A stretch of 64,000 nt of DNA, from the NCBI GenBank assembly GCA_963799675.1, contig CAWCXQ010000019.1, forward strand, positions 261,701 to 325,700, in the 5' to 3' direction. Positions 10,766-22,315 of the stretch are shown here, piece by piece. Source of the DNA: an uncultured Chloroflexia bacterium (GTDB lineage: Bacteria; Chloroflexota; Limnocylindria; QHBO01). Each line of letters starts with the position of its first letter. Position 1 is the first letter of the stretch. The position numbers were made by a program, and so were the translations under genes. The notes under the pieces were generated by a model. It made no database searches. It had not been told where the DNA came from and saw only the letters and a list, made by a program, of their open reading frames with translations.

Positions 10766-11698
10766 TCAGCGGCCGGCAAGCCGCTCCATCACCGGCCTCA
10801 GCGGCTCGAGGTGCTCCGGCCGCATCGCCACGTAGCTGATCCCCCAGCGCTCGCGCCGAGCGACGAGCTGTTCGGTCATCTCGTCGGGGTCTCCGGTCAG
10901 GTAGTGCGGGCTCCGCGGCAGATCTTCCTCCGTGATCCGGTGGCTGCGCGCGGGCGGCGGCCCGCGGCGGCGCCGGAACTCCGGATCGACCCCGAAGAGC
11001 ACGACGTTGATCTCGAGTCGCGCCCATCGCTCACCTGCCGCCTCGCGAACCCAACCGAGCTTGCGGTCGACATCCGACTCGCGAATGTCCGCCGTGTCCA
11101 GGCCACCAGCCGGCTTCGAGCGCGGGTTCAGCGCGACGATGTCGGCCTCGCGTGCCGCGAAGCCGAGCAGGCGGGGACCGCCGCCGCCCACCAGCAGAGG
11201 CGGATGCGGGCGTTGGACGGAGCGGGGCAGCGGCTCGAGCCGCATCTCCGGGTACGCGGCCGAGGCCGGGATCTCAATCCGGCCGTCGCGCATCGCCTGC
11301 CTCAGGACTTCGACCGTCTGCTCCATGCGCGCCAGGCGAATCCCGGGCGGATCGAACCCGATGCCTGCCGCCTCGTACTCGGGGCGCGCCCAGCCGGCCC
11401 CGAGTCCGATCTCGAGGCGGCCGTCGGTGACGAGGTCGATCGTGGCGAGCTCCTGGGCGAGCACGACGGGGTTTCGCAGGTCGTTGTTGAGGACGAAGGT
11501 GCCGATCCGCAGGTCGGTGGCCGCGGCGGCCGCCTGCAGCAGGGGGAGCGATGCCCATCGGCCGAGGTGATCGGTGCCCAGCAGGATCGAGATGCCGCTG
11601 GCCGCGGCATCCTGCGCAAGCGTGAGCAGCGCCTGGCGGGTGGTCTGACGCGTGTCGATCATCAGCCCGAACCGGAAGGGCCGCTGCTCGGGCGTCAT
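10766..11698 (-). CDS. LLM-class (luciferase-like) F420-dependent oxidoreductase
   Basis: Intact 310-aa ORF. 'FRFGL', 'LGTDHL', 'RIGTFVLNNDLRNPVVLAQELATIDLVTDGRLEIGLGAGW' match the luciferase-like monooxygenase fold. Confidence 0.8.
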   Translation of the reverse strand: MTPEQRPFRFGLMIDTRQTTRQALLTLAQDAAASGISILLGTDHLGRWASLPLLQAAAAATDLRIGTFVLNNDLRNPVVLAQELATIDLVTDGRLEIGLGAGWARPEYEAAGIGFDPPGIRLARMEQTVEVLRQAMRDGRIEIPASAAYPEMRLEPLPRSVQRPHPPLLVGGGGPRLLGFAAREADIVALNPRSKPAGGLDTADIRESDVDRKLGWVREAAGERWARLEINVVLFGVDPEFRRRRGPPPARSHRITEEDLPRSPHYLTGDPDEMTEQLVARRERWGISYVAMRPEHLEPLRPVMERLAGR

Positions 11699-11722
11699 GA
11701 CCTCAGGGTAGTGGGAGGAGCC

Positions 11723-13729
11723 TCAGCCTGCCCGTGGCGCGATCGCGCCCTTTCCGTTTCCGTTGCCCGTCGGCTGGGCCGGAACCATCGACTCCGGCGA
11801 GAGGGGCGCGACGCTGCTGCCGTGCATCTCGAGCCGGATGAGGTGCATCACGGCGTTGATCAGCGCCAGATGGGTGAACGCCTGCGGGAAGTTGCCCATG
11901 TGCCGGCCGGAGGCGGTATCGATCTCCTCGCCGTACAGGCCGAGCGGGCTCGCATGCGAGAGGAGCTTTTCGCAGAGCCGCCGCGCACGGGCCGCGCTCG
12001 CCGATCTCGACCAGCGCCGAGACGAGCCAGAAGGAGCAGATCGTGAACGTCCCCTCGTTGCCGCTCAGGCCGTCGTCGGTCTCTTCCGGGCGGTAGCGGA
12101 GGACCAGGCCGTCGACCGTCAGCTCGTCCGCGATCGCGAGCACGGTGCGGCGGATCCGCTCGTCGTCGGGCGGCAGGAAGCGCATGAGCGGCATGAGCAG
12201 GACCGAGGCATCCAGCGCATCGGTGTCGTAGTGCTGCGTGAAGACGCCGCGCTCGTCGACCGCGTTGGCGAGGATGTCGGCATGGATCTCGTCGGCTCCC
12301 GCCTGCCACCGCTTCGCCAGTCCGTCGTCCTCGCGGAGGCGGGCGAGTCGCGCGCCACGGTCGGCGGCGACCCAGCACATCATCTTCGATGAGGTGAAGT
12401 GCCGGGGCTCCCCGCGCACCTCCCACAGGCCGCGGTCCGGCTCACGCCAATGGGTGAGAGCGGCCTCGACCTGTCGGACCAGCATCGGCCAGATGCGCTC
12501 GTCGAGGTGGTCCCGGGACTTGGTATGCAGATACACCGAGTCGAGAACGGCCCCCCACACGTCGTGCTGCTTCTGGTTGTAGGCGCCGTTGCCGACCCGT
12601 ACCGGGCGAGCTCCCTCGTAGCCATCGAGGTGATCCAGGATTCGCTCGGTGAGCACCCGCTCGCCGTCGATCCCGTACATCACCTGCAGATCCTCCTCGC
12701 CGCTGGCGGCATCGGCCACGAAGTACAGGAAGTCGTTCGCCTCCCAGTCGAAGCCGAGCGTGTAGAGGCCCCAGAGGGCGAACGTCGAGTCGCGAATCCA
12801 CGAGTACCGATAATCCCAGTTCCGCTCGCCGCCGGGCGTCTCGGGCAGGGAGGTCGTTGGCGCCGCGATCACGGCACCACTCGGCTCGTAGGTGAGACCG
12901 CGCAGCGTCAGCGCGGAGCGCTCCAGATAGGAACGCCACGGATGGTCGGGGAATCGGCCGCGGGCAAGCCAGTGCTGCCAGTGGTGGGCTGTCCAGACCA
13001 ACCGCTTGTAGGCGTCGTCGAATGCTCGCGGTGGCTCGCGCTGTCCCCAGGAGAGGGCGCAGAAGCGCGACTCGCCTTCCTTGACGCAGCGTTCGCGCGA
13101 TCGCCCGCGGGCCTTCGAAGCCGATGTTCATGTCACTCGTCAGGGTGAGCGCGATCTCTCCATCCGCGCGGCAGATTCCCTGGTGGTAGCCGGACTCGCG
13201 TGTACTCCCACTGGCCGATCTTCAAGCCGTAGTCGAAGACCGGCTCGCAATCGACCGAGAGCTGCACCTCGCCGTTCACGCAGCGAACGGTGCGGAGCAG
13301 GATGTGCTCGGCGTCGTAATCGGTCGGAGCGCGGCGGTGCGTGCGCGAGCGTTCCTTCTCATGCGCCCAGGGGCCGATCAGCAGCACGTCGCGAACGATC
13401 ACCCAGCCGGTGGCGGTCGTCCAGCTCGTCTCGAGGACCATGGTGCCGGGCAGGTAGCGGCGGGCGGCGGGCACGCTGACGTCAGCAGGGCCGAACCGGA
13501 AGCCGCCAGCGTCGCGATCCAGGATTGCGCCGAACACGCTCGGCGAGTCCATGCGCGGGAGGCACAGCCATTCGACATTGCCGCTCGGCGCGACGAGCGC
13601 GGTCGCCTCGCAGTCGGAGAGGAAGGCGTAGTCGGCAATGGGGGGAAACGGCGAGGCGCCATGGCGAGCCGCTCGCGAATGCCCGAGCTCCCCCATCAGA
13701 CCGTCCGTGTGCATCGCCGCCTCCGGCAA
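11723..13729 (-). pseudogene. Glycoside hydrolase family 15 (glucoamylase/trehalase-like), about four frame breaks
   Basis: N-terminal part in ORF 13133-13729 ('IADYAFLSDCEATALVAPSGNVEWLCLPRMDSPSVF'). Core in ORF 11703-13001 ('ERNWDYRYSWIRDSTFALWGL', 'GNGAYNQKQHDVWG'). The C-terminus '[35 protein letters not shown]' sits in another frame and ends at TGA (complement) 11723-11725. Confidence 0.75.
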
Positions 13730-13822
13730 AGGGGCGTCAGTCTGCCACCCCCCGAGGCGTTACGCCAGTCCTGCCGCCACGAGGACCTCAAGCGCGATTA
13801 AGCCGTGCGCTAGAGTACGGCC

Positions 13823-15244
13823 GTGCGCAGTACCCGACGGGTCGTCGTCGTCGACAACAGCGCCCTCGCCCGCCGGATCGGTGACCGGATCCGCCGAGCG
13901 CGGCTGCGAGCCCAGCTGACCCAGGCGCAGCTGGCAACGGGTCGGTATACGAGCGCCTATATCAGCGCGCTCGAGCGGGGGTTGGCCAAGCCCTCCATGG
14001 CGGCGCTCTCCTTCATCTCGGAGCGCCTGGGCCTGCCGGTCACCGAGTTTCTGGCGCAGGATCAGCCCGGGCCGAGCCGCCTCGAGGCTGACATTCAGCT
14101 CGCCTCCGGGAACTGGCAGGAGGCCCTCGACCGCTACGAGGCGCTCCTCGAGGTGGCCACTGACCGGCCCGCACGCGCGGAGGTGCTGCGCGGCATGGCT
14201 GAGGCGCTCTACCGCCTCGATCGCGGCCAGGAGGCGATCGCACCCGCATCCGAGTCGGCCGAGCTGTTCGGCGCCCTCGGTCAGCCAGCCGACGCGGCCT
14301 GGTCCAAGTACTGGCTCTCGTCGGCCCATTACGCGACCGAGACGCCGGCCGAGGCGCGTAGCCTCCTGCAGGAGCTTCTCGAGCAGCTGCGGGGCGGTTT
14401 GCAGGTGGCACCCGACTTTCGGTTCCGGGTCCTGACCGCGCTGGCGCACGTCGAGGCATCAGACGGCCGCACCGAGCGTGCGTTGAACTACATGGAGGAA
14501 GCGAAGGCGCTGACAGAGGGCGTGGACCTGCGTCAGCGGGCCGCCTTCATGTCGGGGCTCGCCGCGCACTACCGCGAGAGTGGAGATCTCGAACGCTCTC
14601 TCCGGGCCGGCATGGAGAGCCTCGGCCTGTATCGGGCGATGGAAGCCGGCCTCGAGCAGGCGGCGCTGGAGAACAACCTGGCGCTCACCTACCTTGGGCT
14701 TGGCAATCTCGCCCGTGCGATCGAGCACGCGCAGGACGCGCGCGACGAGGCGGAGCGCCACGGCGACAGATCGATGCTCGCGCATATCACCGAGACGGAG
14801 GCCCAGATTGCGTGGGCAGGCGGCGACGTGGACCGCGCCGAGGAGTACGTCACCCTCGCGCTGGCCGCCGCGGAGGCTGGCGGCTTCCATGCGGTCAGGA
14901 GCAGTGCATTCCTCACACGCGCCCGGATCGCACACGAGCGAAATGACGTGGATGCCGCTCGATTGGCGTATGAGTCTGCGCTCCAGGTGCTGCGCGCGCG
15001 AGGGCCGGGACCGCGGCTCCGGGAAGTCCTGGCCGAGTACGCGGCGATGCTCAGCGACCGTGGAGATCTGGTGGCGGCAAACCGGCTCTACGCCGAGGCC
15101 GTGAGGGCCAGGTCTCCGGAGCTGACTTCGCCGGGTGAGGGTTCGGCGGACGGCGAGCACATAGCCGAAACCTACGTAGGTCGCCGGAGGATCAGCGTGG
15201 GTACGGCGGCAGCGTGCCGTCGGCCAACGCTGTGGCGATGTTGA
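13823..15244 (+). CDS. XRE-family HTH transcriptional regulator with C-terminal TPR-like repeats
   Basis: Intact 473-aa ORF. HTH 'IRRARLRAQLTQAQLATGRYTSAYISALERGLAKPSMAALSFISERLGL', followed by about 350 aa of Ala/Leu-rich helical repeats. Confidence 0.8.
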   Translation: MRSTRRVVVVDNSALARRIGDRIRRARLRAQLTQAQLATGRYTSAYISALERGLAKPSMAALSFISERLGLPVTEFLAQDQPGPSRLEADIQLASGNWQEALDRYEALLEVATDRPARAEVLRGMAEALYRLDRGQEAIAPASESAELFGALGQPADAAWSKYWLSSAHYATETPAEARSLLQELLEQLRGGLQVAPDFRFRVLTALAHVEASDGRTERALNYMEEAKALTEGVDLRQRAAFMSGLAAHYRESGDLERSLRAGMESLGLYRAMEAGLEQAALENNLALTYLGLGNLARAIEHAQDARDEAERHGDRSMLAHITETEAQIAWAGGDVDRAEEYVTLALAAAEAGGFHAVRSSAFLTRARIAHERNDVDAARLAYESALQVLRARGPGPRLREVLAEYAAMLSDRGDLVAANRLYAEAVRARSPELTSPGEGSADGEHIAETYVGRRRISVGTAAACRRPTLWRC

Positions 15245-15454
15245 TCAGCAGCAGAGTTGCAGCGAGCGCCAGCGAGACGATTGTTGAGCGGAGTCGAGTC
15301 ATCGGGGTTGCTCCCTTCCGCTCGCCGGAGCCACCGGTTCCCCACCCGACGGGGGCCGATAGTACTAGTCATGGAGGGCCACGACAACTATTATCAAGGT
15401 GCAAATGGTCGGCGGAAGCCGGGGGGTCTGCCGACCGGCGGGGTCAGGGGCGGG

Positions 15455-15827
15455 TCATCGGCTCTTGCGTGGTGGCTTTGGCGGCAGCGACCGCCCGTAG
15501 GCAGCCGCTCGCTCGACCCACGACCGTACGGCCTCCGGATCCGCGGCGACCGCTGCAGGAAGGGCGAGGTATTCGCGCATTGGCCTGCCCGGCATCGGTG
15601 AGAAGGTCTGCCAGCCCTGTTCCGCGAGGGACAATCGCTCGTCTGCGCCGAGGCGCACGATCCAGCTGTCCTGGTGAAGGCCGGTCACCATAGTTGCCGC
15701 GCATGAACGCGGCGGGGTAGCCGAACATCTGTCGCTGCTCCAGGCCCTCGACGCCGGCCACCGCCGCGGCAAACCGGTCGATCAGCTCTGGCGGGGCCTT
15801 GCGCCAGGCCCCCGGCTTCTCCGTCAT
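15455..15827 (-). pseudogene. TfoX/Sxy N-terminal-domain family protein, one frame break
   Basis: 'LEQRQMFGYPAAFMRGN' (ORF 15444-15827) continues as 'MVTGLHQDSWIVRLGADERLSL..FSPMPGRPMREYLALP' in ORF 15455-15772. Confidence 0.6.
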
Positions 15828-16538
15828 GGTGGGGATCTCCTCTCGATCTGTCGCATCGCCTCGCGCTTGCTGAGGCCGCTCAGGGCGGCCTCATTCTCGG
15901 ACACGTAGCGCCGAACAGCCCCCGGATCGGTCTTGGCGTACTCCCGCAGCGCCCAACCGATTGCCTTGCGCAGGAAGAATTCGCTGGAGGCCATCGACGG
16001 GCCGATGCAGTCGAACAGGAGCTGCCAATCGGTGCGGTCCTTGAATCGTAGCTGGCTGATGATGCTCGCTCTTCGCTTCCAGAGATCGTCGGACCGGCTC
16101 CAGGACCGCATAGCCGGGGCAAGCTCGGCGGGATGCGCGAGGAGGATCGGCCCGATCCGGCGGCTGGCGACCTCGTCGACGTAGTCCCACCATGCGCCCG
16201 TGACGATCAGCTCCTCGTAGAGCGGCAGCTGGTCCGGAGTCTGAAACGCCCGCGCCCGGCGATCGCCGGCGAGGATCAGCGCCGCATACCGCTCTTCGCG
16301 GAAGCCCGCGCCGCGCCAGAGCTCCAGCGACGTGGCGGCGCCAGGCGGCAACGGTGGGCAGGTGCAGATCGCGGAAGATGGCGCGCGCCACGACTGTGAG
16401 CGCCGGGCTCGGCACGCCGTGATACGGCATCGCCGACTTCATGTACGCCCGCATCCGAGCCGCCTTCTCGGCGTCGGCAACTCGCATCAGCTCCACTCGG
16501 AGGAGCCGCAGGAGAGGCGTCGCCGGCGTTCTCGTCAT
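15824..16538 (-). pseudogene. DNA alkylation repair protein (AlkD-like HEAT-repeat), one frame break near 16340
   Basis: N-terminus 'ADAEKAARMRAYMKSAMPYHGVPSP' (ORF 15891-16616, probable Met at 16538). C-terminal 175 aa in ORF 15824-16351 ('LWKRRASIISQL', 'FFLRKAIGWALREYAK'). Confidence 0.7.
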
Positions 16539-16609
16539 CCTCCGAGTATCGTTCAGGGCCGGAGGATCGCTTGGCACAGGACGATCGATACGCCCGCCTC
16601 GCCCACGGC

Positions 16610-17864
16610 ATGGCAACGATGGCTGATCAGCGGTGGACGCGGCGTCGCTTCCTCCGCGTCACCGGCCTCGGGGTCGTCACTTTCCTGGCGGCGTGCGCGG
16701 CCCGGTCAGTGACAAGGACGTCGAGCGCCGTGCCGAGCGCCTCACCAACCCCCGTCGCGTCTGCGACGCCCAGCTCGGCGCCAACGGCAACCCCCTCACC
16801 TGCGCCGACGCCCACGGCCACCCCCAAGCCCGACCTGCGGACCAGGATCGGGCAGATGCTGCTGGTCGGCTTCCGTGGCCTCACCGTCGACGACCGATCC
16901 CCGATCGTGCAGGACATCCGCGACCGGGGACTCGGTGGCGTGGTCCTCTTCGACTTCGACACCCCTACCAACACTCCCGTTCGGAACGTCGAGTCGCCCG
17001 CGCAGGTCAAGGCGCTCGTCGCGGCGCTCAAGGCGGCCGCCGGAGCGGATTCGCTGCTCGTCAGCATCGACGAGGAGGGCGGCCTCGTCGCCAGGCTGGA
17101 CCAGCGCCATGGCTTTCCCGCCACCCAATCAGCCGCCTCACTCGGTGCTCGCGACGATGCCGCGTATACGCAGCAGCGCTCGGCGGCGATGGGCGCAACC
17201 CTCGCGTCGGTCGGGGTGAACCTCAACCTCGCGCCGGTCGTCGACCTCAACGTGAATCCATCGAACCCGATCATCGGCGCACTCGATCGCAGCTTCTCCA
17301 GCGGATCCCAGCCTGGTAACAAGGCAGGCGCTCGCGTTCATCGCAGGCCAGCACCAGGCCGGGATCCAGACGACGCTGAAGCACTTCCCCGGACATGGGA
17401 GCTCGACGGGCGATACCCACCTGGGTGTCGTCGACGTCACCTCCACCTGGACGGATGCCGAGCTCGAGCCATTCGCCTCGATCGTGGCCCAGGGTGCCGC
17501 AGACGCGATCCTGACCGCCCACGTCTTCAACGCGAACCTGGACCCGAGCTACCCGGCCACGCTGTCGAAGGCAACCGTGACCGGCATCCTCCGCGAGCGG
17601 CTCGGCTACGACGGCGTCGTGATCAGCGACGACCTGCAGATGGGTGCCATTCGCCAGGCCTTCGGCTACCCCGAAGCGGTGGCCCTGGCGATCGATGCCG
17701 GGGTCGATATCCTCACGATCGCGAACCAGCAGGTGTTCGAGGACGGCATCGTCGCCGCCACGATCGAGATCATCGTCGGCCACGTCGCCTCCGGGCGTCT
17801 GACGGAAAGCCGCATCGATGAGTCGTGGCGCCGAATCTCCCTGCTGAAGGCCCGGATGCGCTAA
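16610..17864 (+). pseudogene. Glycoside hydrolase family 3 (NagZ-like beta-N-acetylhexosaminidase) with Tat-type signal, two frame breaks
   Basis: Twin-arginine 'QRWTRRRFLRVTGLG..LAAC'. 'IGQMLLVGF', 'SIDEEGGLVARL', 'NLAPVVDLN', then 'LKHFPGHGSSTGDTHLG' and 'VVISDDLQMGAI' in other frames (switches near 17300 and 17470). Confidence 0.75.
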
Positions 17865-17961
17865 AGGTGGGTCCTCTGCGGTCCGGGAGGGTGCGGTGGG
17901 GTATGGTCGAGTACGGTTCGGTGCGGTTGCGTAATCGGCCGAATAGGGTTCTCATTGGAAC

Positions 17962-18648
17962 GTGGACCGACGCGACAGTGCCTCGCGCCCGCCCGACGAC
18001 GTGCCCGATCTCAGTGGAGCTTTCTCCGTCGCCGTGCACCGCGTTCGGCAGGGCGAGGACGTGCTGACCCTGATCGACCCGGCCGCGGTGCGCCGTGATC
18101 CCGCGCATTTCAGCGCCTGGCTCAGCGCACGCCTGAGCGTGGGCGAGCTGCAGCGGTTGATGCTGCCGCCATGCGATGAGCGCTGTCGATCGATACGCCA
18201 TCGTGCGGACGCATATGTCGTCCTCGCCGACCTGGCCCTGGATCCCGCGCAGCCCCGCAGGACCTCGCGCTGGGAAGGCTGGAACGCTACCCTCGATCGG
18301 CAGCATCAGTCAGGCCGCCTCCTGTTCGCGGGAACGCCGGCCAACGCGGCGACCCGGCCGGACCGACGGCTGAAGCGCGGGACGCTCCTCACGCGCATCA
18401 CGTCGACGGATCCGTTCTGGGTGCACTACGACGCCGTCCCGCGCGAAACCCTGTTTCGGATCGCGAGTGGCAGGCACGAGGGCGATACGCTGATCGCGGT
18501 GACCTTCGGCTCCTCGCCGCTGCTGCCCGGGCTCGCCGGAGCGCTGATCGTTCCGGACCACCCTCCGGTTCACGACGCGATGGTCGCCAATCGCTTTCTG
18601 GCGGCCGGCTGGGCCGCTGTCGAGCGTGGCCTGCCCCACGAGGAGTAG
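17962..18648 (+). CDS. Hypothetical protein
   Basis: Intact 228-aa ORF with no recognisable motif. The start is uncertain. Confidence 0.45.
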   Translation: MDRRDSASRPPDDVPDLSGAFSVAVHRVRQGEDVLTLIDPAAVRRDPAHFSAWLSARLSVGELQRLMLPPCDERCRSIRHRADAYVVLADLALDPAQPRRTSRWEGWNATLDRQHQSGRLLFAGTPANAATRPDRRLKRGTLLTRITSTDPFWVHYDAVPRETLFRIASGRHEGDTLIAVTFGSSPLLPGLAGALIVPDHPPVHDAMVANRFLAAGWAAVERGLPHEE

Positions 18649-18650
18649 GA

Positions 18651-18986
18651 CTAGAGCTTCGCTCCGGATCGATCCTTCGGAGGTCGGCGCGCCGGCGGCT
18701 CAGGCGGAAGATCGACTCGCATCCCATCGAGCGTCAGCTGGGTGCGCTGCGAATGCTGCTCCAGGGTCTCCTGGATGGGCGTTCGGTGCAGGATCTTCTG
18801 CTCCAGCCCGACCAGGAAGGCGCCGACCGATTTGATGTTTGGGAGCGGCGTGCGCGAGGTGGCCATGGCCCCACTCTCGCCGCGCGAGCCCGGGCTGTCA
18901 ATCGGGGCCACGTAGGGCCTCCGCACGGCGTTCACAGTCTGCACACAACCGGTCGCCAGGCTGATGGTCATCGATCGTTGAATCAC
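18651..18986 (-). CDS. Hypothetical small protein (likely starts at the internal Met at 18866)
   Basis: 111-aa ORF. The internal start 'MATSRTPLPNIK...' is preceded by a purine-rich stretch. No known motif. Confidence 0.35.
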   Translation of the reverse strand: MIQRSMTISLATGCVQTVNAVRRPYVAPIDSPGSRGESGAMATSRTPLPNIKSVGAFLVGLEQKILHRTPIQETLEQHSQRTQLTLDGMRVDLPPEPPARRPPKDRSGAKL

Positions 18987-19000
18987 AAGGAGACCATCCC

Positions 19001-19342
19001 ATGTCCGGAAGTGCTCTCGTTCGAGCCCTCGTCGCGCTGGCGCTCATCGGCGTTGTCGTCCTCATCGGCGTCAACGTGTATGACGCCGGGGTTGCGCAGG
19101 GGATCGCCGATGCCGGCCGCACCGCGGTCAGCTCGGGCCAGCCTGTACCGGTCGTCTACTATCCAGGCCCGCATTGGGGCTACGGCGGCTTCGGCTTCTT
19201 CTGGCCGATCCTGTGGATCTTCGGCATCTTCCTGCTCTTCGGCCTGCTTCGCGGTGGCCGGGGCCGATGGGGCGGCCACCACGACCGCCTCGAGGACTGG
19301 CACCGTCGCGCTCACAACGAGACGCCGGAGCGACCCGCCTGA
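19001..19342 (+). CDS. Hypothetical membrane protein upstream of the two-component system
   Basis: 113-aa ORF. N-terminal TM 'LVALALIGVVVLIGV', second TM 'FFWPILWIFGIFLLFGLL', and a basic His/Arg-rich tail. Confidence 0.55.
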   Translation: MSGSALVRALVALALIGVVVLIGVNVYDAGVAQGIADAGRTAVSSGQPVPVVYYPGPHWGYGGFGFFWPILWIFGIFLLFGLLRGGRGRWGGHHDRLEDWHRRAHNETPERPA

Positions 19343-19399
19343 GGCTTCTGGCCGGGTGGCGACCGCGCCGCCCGGCCCCGCTACGATCGGCGCGACCAC

Positions 19400-20071
<672 letters not shown>

Positions 20072-20079
<8 letters not shown>

Positions 20080-21203
20080 GCGTCGAGGCCGCTGGCACGG
20101 CCGACGACATGGGCCTCCCTGGTGGCCCGAGGGAGAGGCCTGGCCTCCGCGCGGGACCGCCGGAGCCGAGGGCTGGCGGCGAATGCGCAGCCGGATGTTC
20201 TGGCGGATCGGCTTCGCCCTTGCCTTTCTGCTGATCTTCGGCGTGGGGGTCGGCACGCTGCTGGTCTGGGCCCTCTCTCAGTCGTGGATCGGCGCGCGTG
20301 GTCGCGGTGGTCGTCCTGGTCGGTGTGTTCGTGGTGGTTGGCTCGCTGCGCCGCGCGGCGGCTCCGGCCGCCGACCTGGTTGCGGCCGCGGCACGCGTCG
20401 AGGCGGGCGACTACTCGGGACGCCTCGCCGAGCTTGGGCCACGAGAGATCCGCGCCGTGACGCGCGCATTCAATGCGATGAATGCCCGCCTTGAAGAGTC
20501 AGACGAGCAGCGCCGTCGGCTCCTGGCCGACCTGTCGCATGAGCTGCGCACACCGTTGAGCGTGATCCAGGGCAATCTCGAGGGACTGATGGATGGCGTC
20601 TACCCCGCGGATGCCGCTCACCTCGCGCCGATCCTCGAGGAGACCCACGTCCTCGAGCGGCTGATCGAGGATCTTCGGACCCTGGCCCTGGCTGAGGCCG
20701 GCCAGCTCCGACTGCGGCGCGAGCCGACCGACCTCGGATCGCTGCTCCATGACATCGCGGCCGCGTTCGCGGCGCCTGCGCGGGCCGCCGGCGTAGAGCT
20801 CGCGGTCGACGTCTCCGGTGACCTGGGCTCGATGGAGCTCGATCCTGCGCGCATCCGCGAGGTGACGGCCAACCTCTTGACGAACGCCCTGCGCCACACT
20901 CCGCGGGGCGGTCGGATCGAGATCGTGGCGCAGGGTGCCGCGGGTGGCGCATCGGTCTCTGTCACCGATACCGGAAGCGGGATCGCACCCGACGTGCTGC
21001 CGCACGTCTTCGACCGCTTCTACCGGGCCGGCGCCGCCGCAGGCAGCGGCCTCGGACTCCCGATCGCGCGCAGCCTCGTTGCAGCGCACGGCGGGGTGAT
21101 GAGCGCCTCGAGCGGTCCAGCCGGCGGGGCGAGCGTCGTTTTCACCGTTCCGCGTGGATTGGCTGTGGACGAAGGGCCGAAGGCTCCGGAAACTCGGGGA
21201 TAA
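20072..21203 (+). pseudogene. Sensor histidine kinase (TM-HAMP-HisKA-HATPase), one frame break near 20290
   Basis: The ATG overlaps the regulator stop. The N-terminal TM 'FWRIGFALAFLLIFGVGVGTLLVW' is in ORF 20054-. H-box 'LADLSHELRTPLSVI', N-box 'LLTNALRHTP' and G-boxes 'DTGSGI', 'GSGLGLPIA' are in ORF 20298-21203. Confidence 0.8.
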
Positions 21204-21361
21204 AGGGCCTTGTGGGCCGCGAGCGCTGCCCCGTACCCTGTGGTCGTCCCGGAGGGGCAGCGAATACCGGTTCAGGAGATTGCATCAAGCGTTCCGGTAC
21301 CGATACGGTGGCTTCGGTCATCGCGTCGGACGCCGTTCCTTCGGGACACTGCTGCGTCCCG

Positions 21362-22258
21362 TCACGGAAGCAGCGCGAGCTGGATCGGCTCCGGCTCCGG
21401 GGTGAGGCGGATGCGGCGACGGTCGCGGATCCCGGAGCCCCCACGCAAGGCCGTCAGCCTCCGCTCGAGCGGGCCTGCATCGGCCGGTCGCAGGTAGCCG
21501 GCGCCGGCGTACAGGGTCTCGTACCTTGCCAGCTGCTCCGGCCATTCTCGGGCAAGCGCCGCGGTGAAGTATTCCCGCGTTCCTGGCCGCAGGTTGAGCA
21601 GGTTCCACCACAGGTGGGTCGCACCCGCCTCGCGAGCGGCGCGCATCACCGCGGCAAGCTGGGCGGGCGCATCGGTCAGGCCCGGCAGGACCGGCGCCAG
21701 CGCGACACCGGCGTGGATCCCCGCGTCGGTCAGCAGGCGCACGGCGCGGAGCCGCTGCCGCGGTGGGGCGACACCGGGCTCCAGCCTGGCCGCGAGCGCC
21801 GCGTCGACCGTCGCGACCGACACGCTGACACGCACTTCCGCGCGGCGGGAAGCGTGACTCAGGACGTCGCGATCGCGGACCACCAACGGCCCGCGAGTGA
21901 TGATCGAGAACGGTGTGCGCGCAGCAGCGAAGGCCTCGATGCACCCCCGGGTCAGTCGGTAGCGCCCTTCGGCCGGCTGATAGGGATCCGTGGCCGCGCC
22001 GACTGCCACTACTTCCCGGCGCCAGCCGCGTGCCGCGAGCTCGCGGCGGAGCGTCTCGACCACGTTCACCTTGACCCGGATCGAGGTCCCGTATCGCTCA
22101 TCCCACGGCCGATCCGCGCGGCGTTCGAATCCGCGGACGTAACAGAAAGTGCACCGATGCGCGCAGCCCATGTACGGGTTGAGGCTCCATTTGAAACTCA
22201 TGCCGGCGACCCGGTTGAGGGCGCGCGCGCATGGCTCCTCACGGTATTCGGTGCGCAT
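21362..22258 (-). CDS. Radical SAM protein (Rv2578c/SPL-like DNA-repair-photolyase family)
   Basis: Intact 298-aa ORF with the 'NPYMGCAHRCTFCY' CxxxCxxC cluster and family-typical downstream blocks. Confidence 0.8.
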   Translation of the reverse strand: MRTEYREEPCARALNRVAGMSFKWSLNPYMGCAHRCTFCYVRGFERRADRPWDERYGTSIRVKVNVVETLRRELAARGWRREVVAVGAATDPYQPAEGRYRLTRGCIEAFAAARTPFSIITRGPLVVRDRDVLSHASRRAEVRVSVSVATVDAALAARLEPGVAPPRQRLRAVRLLTDAGIHAGVALAPVLPGLTDAPAQLAAVMRAAREAGATHLWWNLLNLRPGTREYFTAALAREWPEQLARYETLYAGAGYLRPADAGPLERRLTALRGGSGIRDRRRIRLTPEPEPIQLALLP

Positions 22259-22315
22259 CTCGGCGCTAGTATAGAACAGACGTTCTAAAGAGCAACACTC
22301 GGGCTCCGCGAGAGC

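Noticed and set aside
21212-22288. 358-aa + strand ORF.
   Set aside because: It is fully antisense to the intact radical SAM gene (21362-22258), which has a clear CxxxCxxC motif. The + strand translation has no recognisable features.
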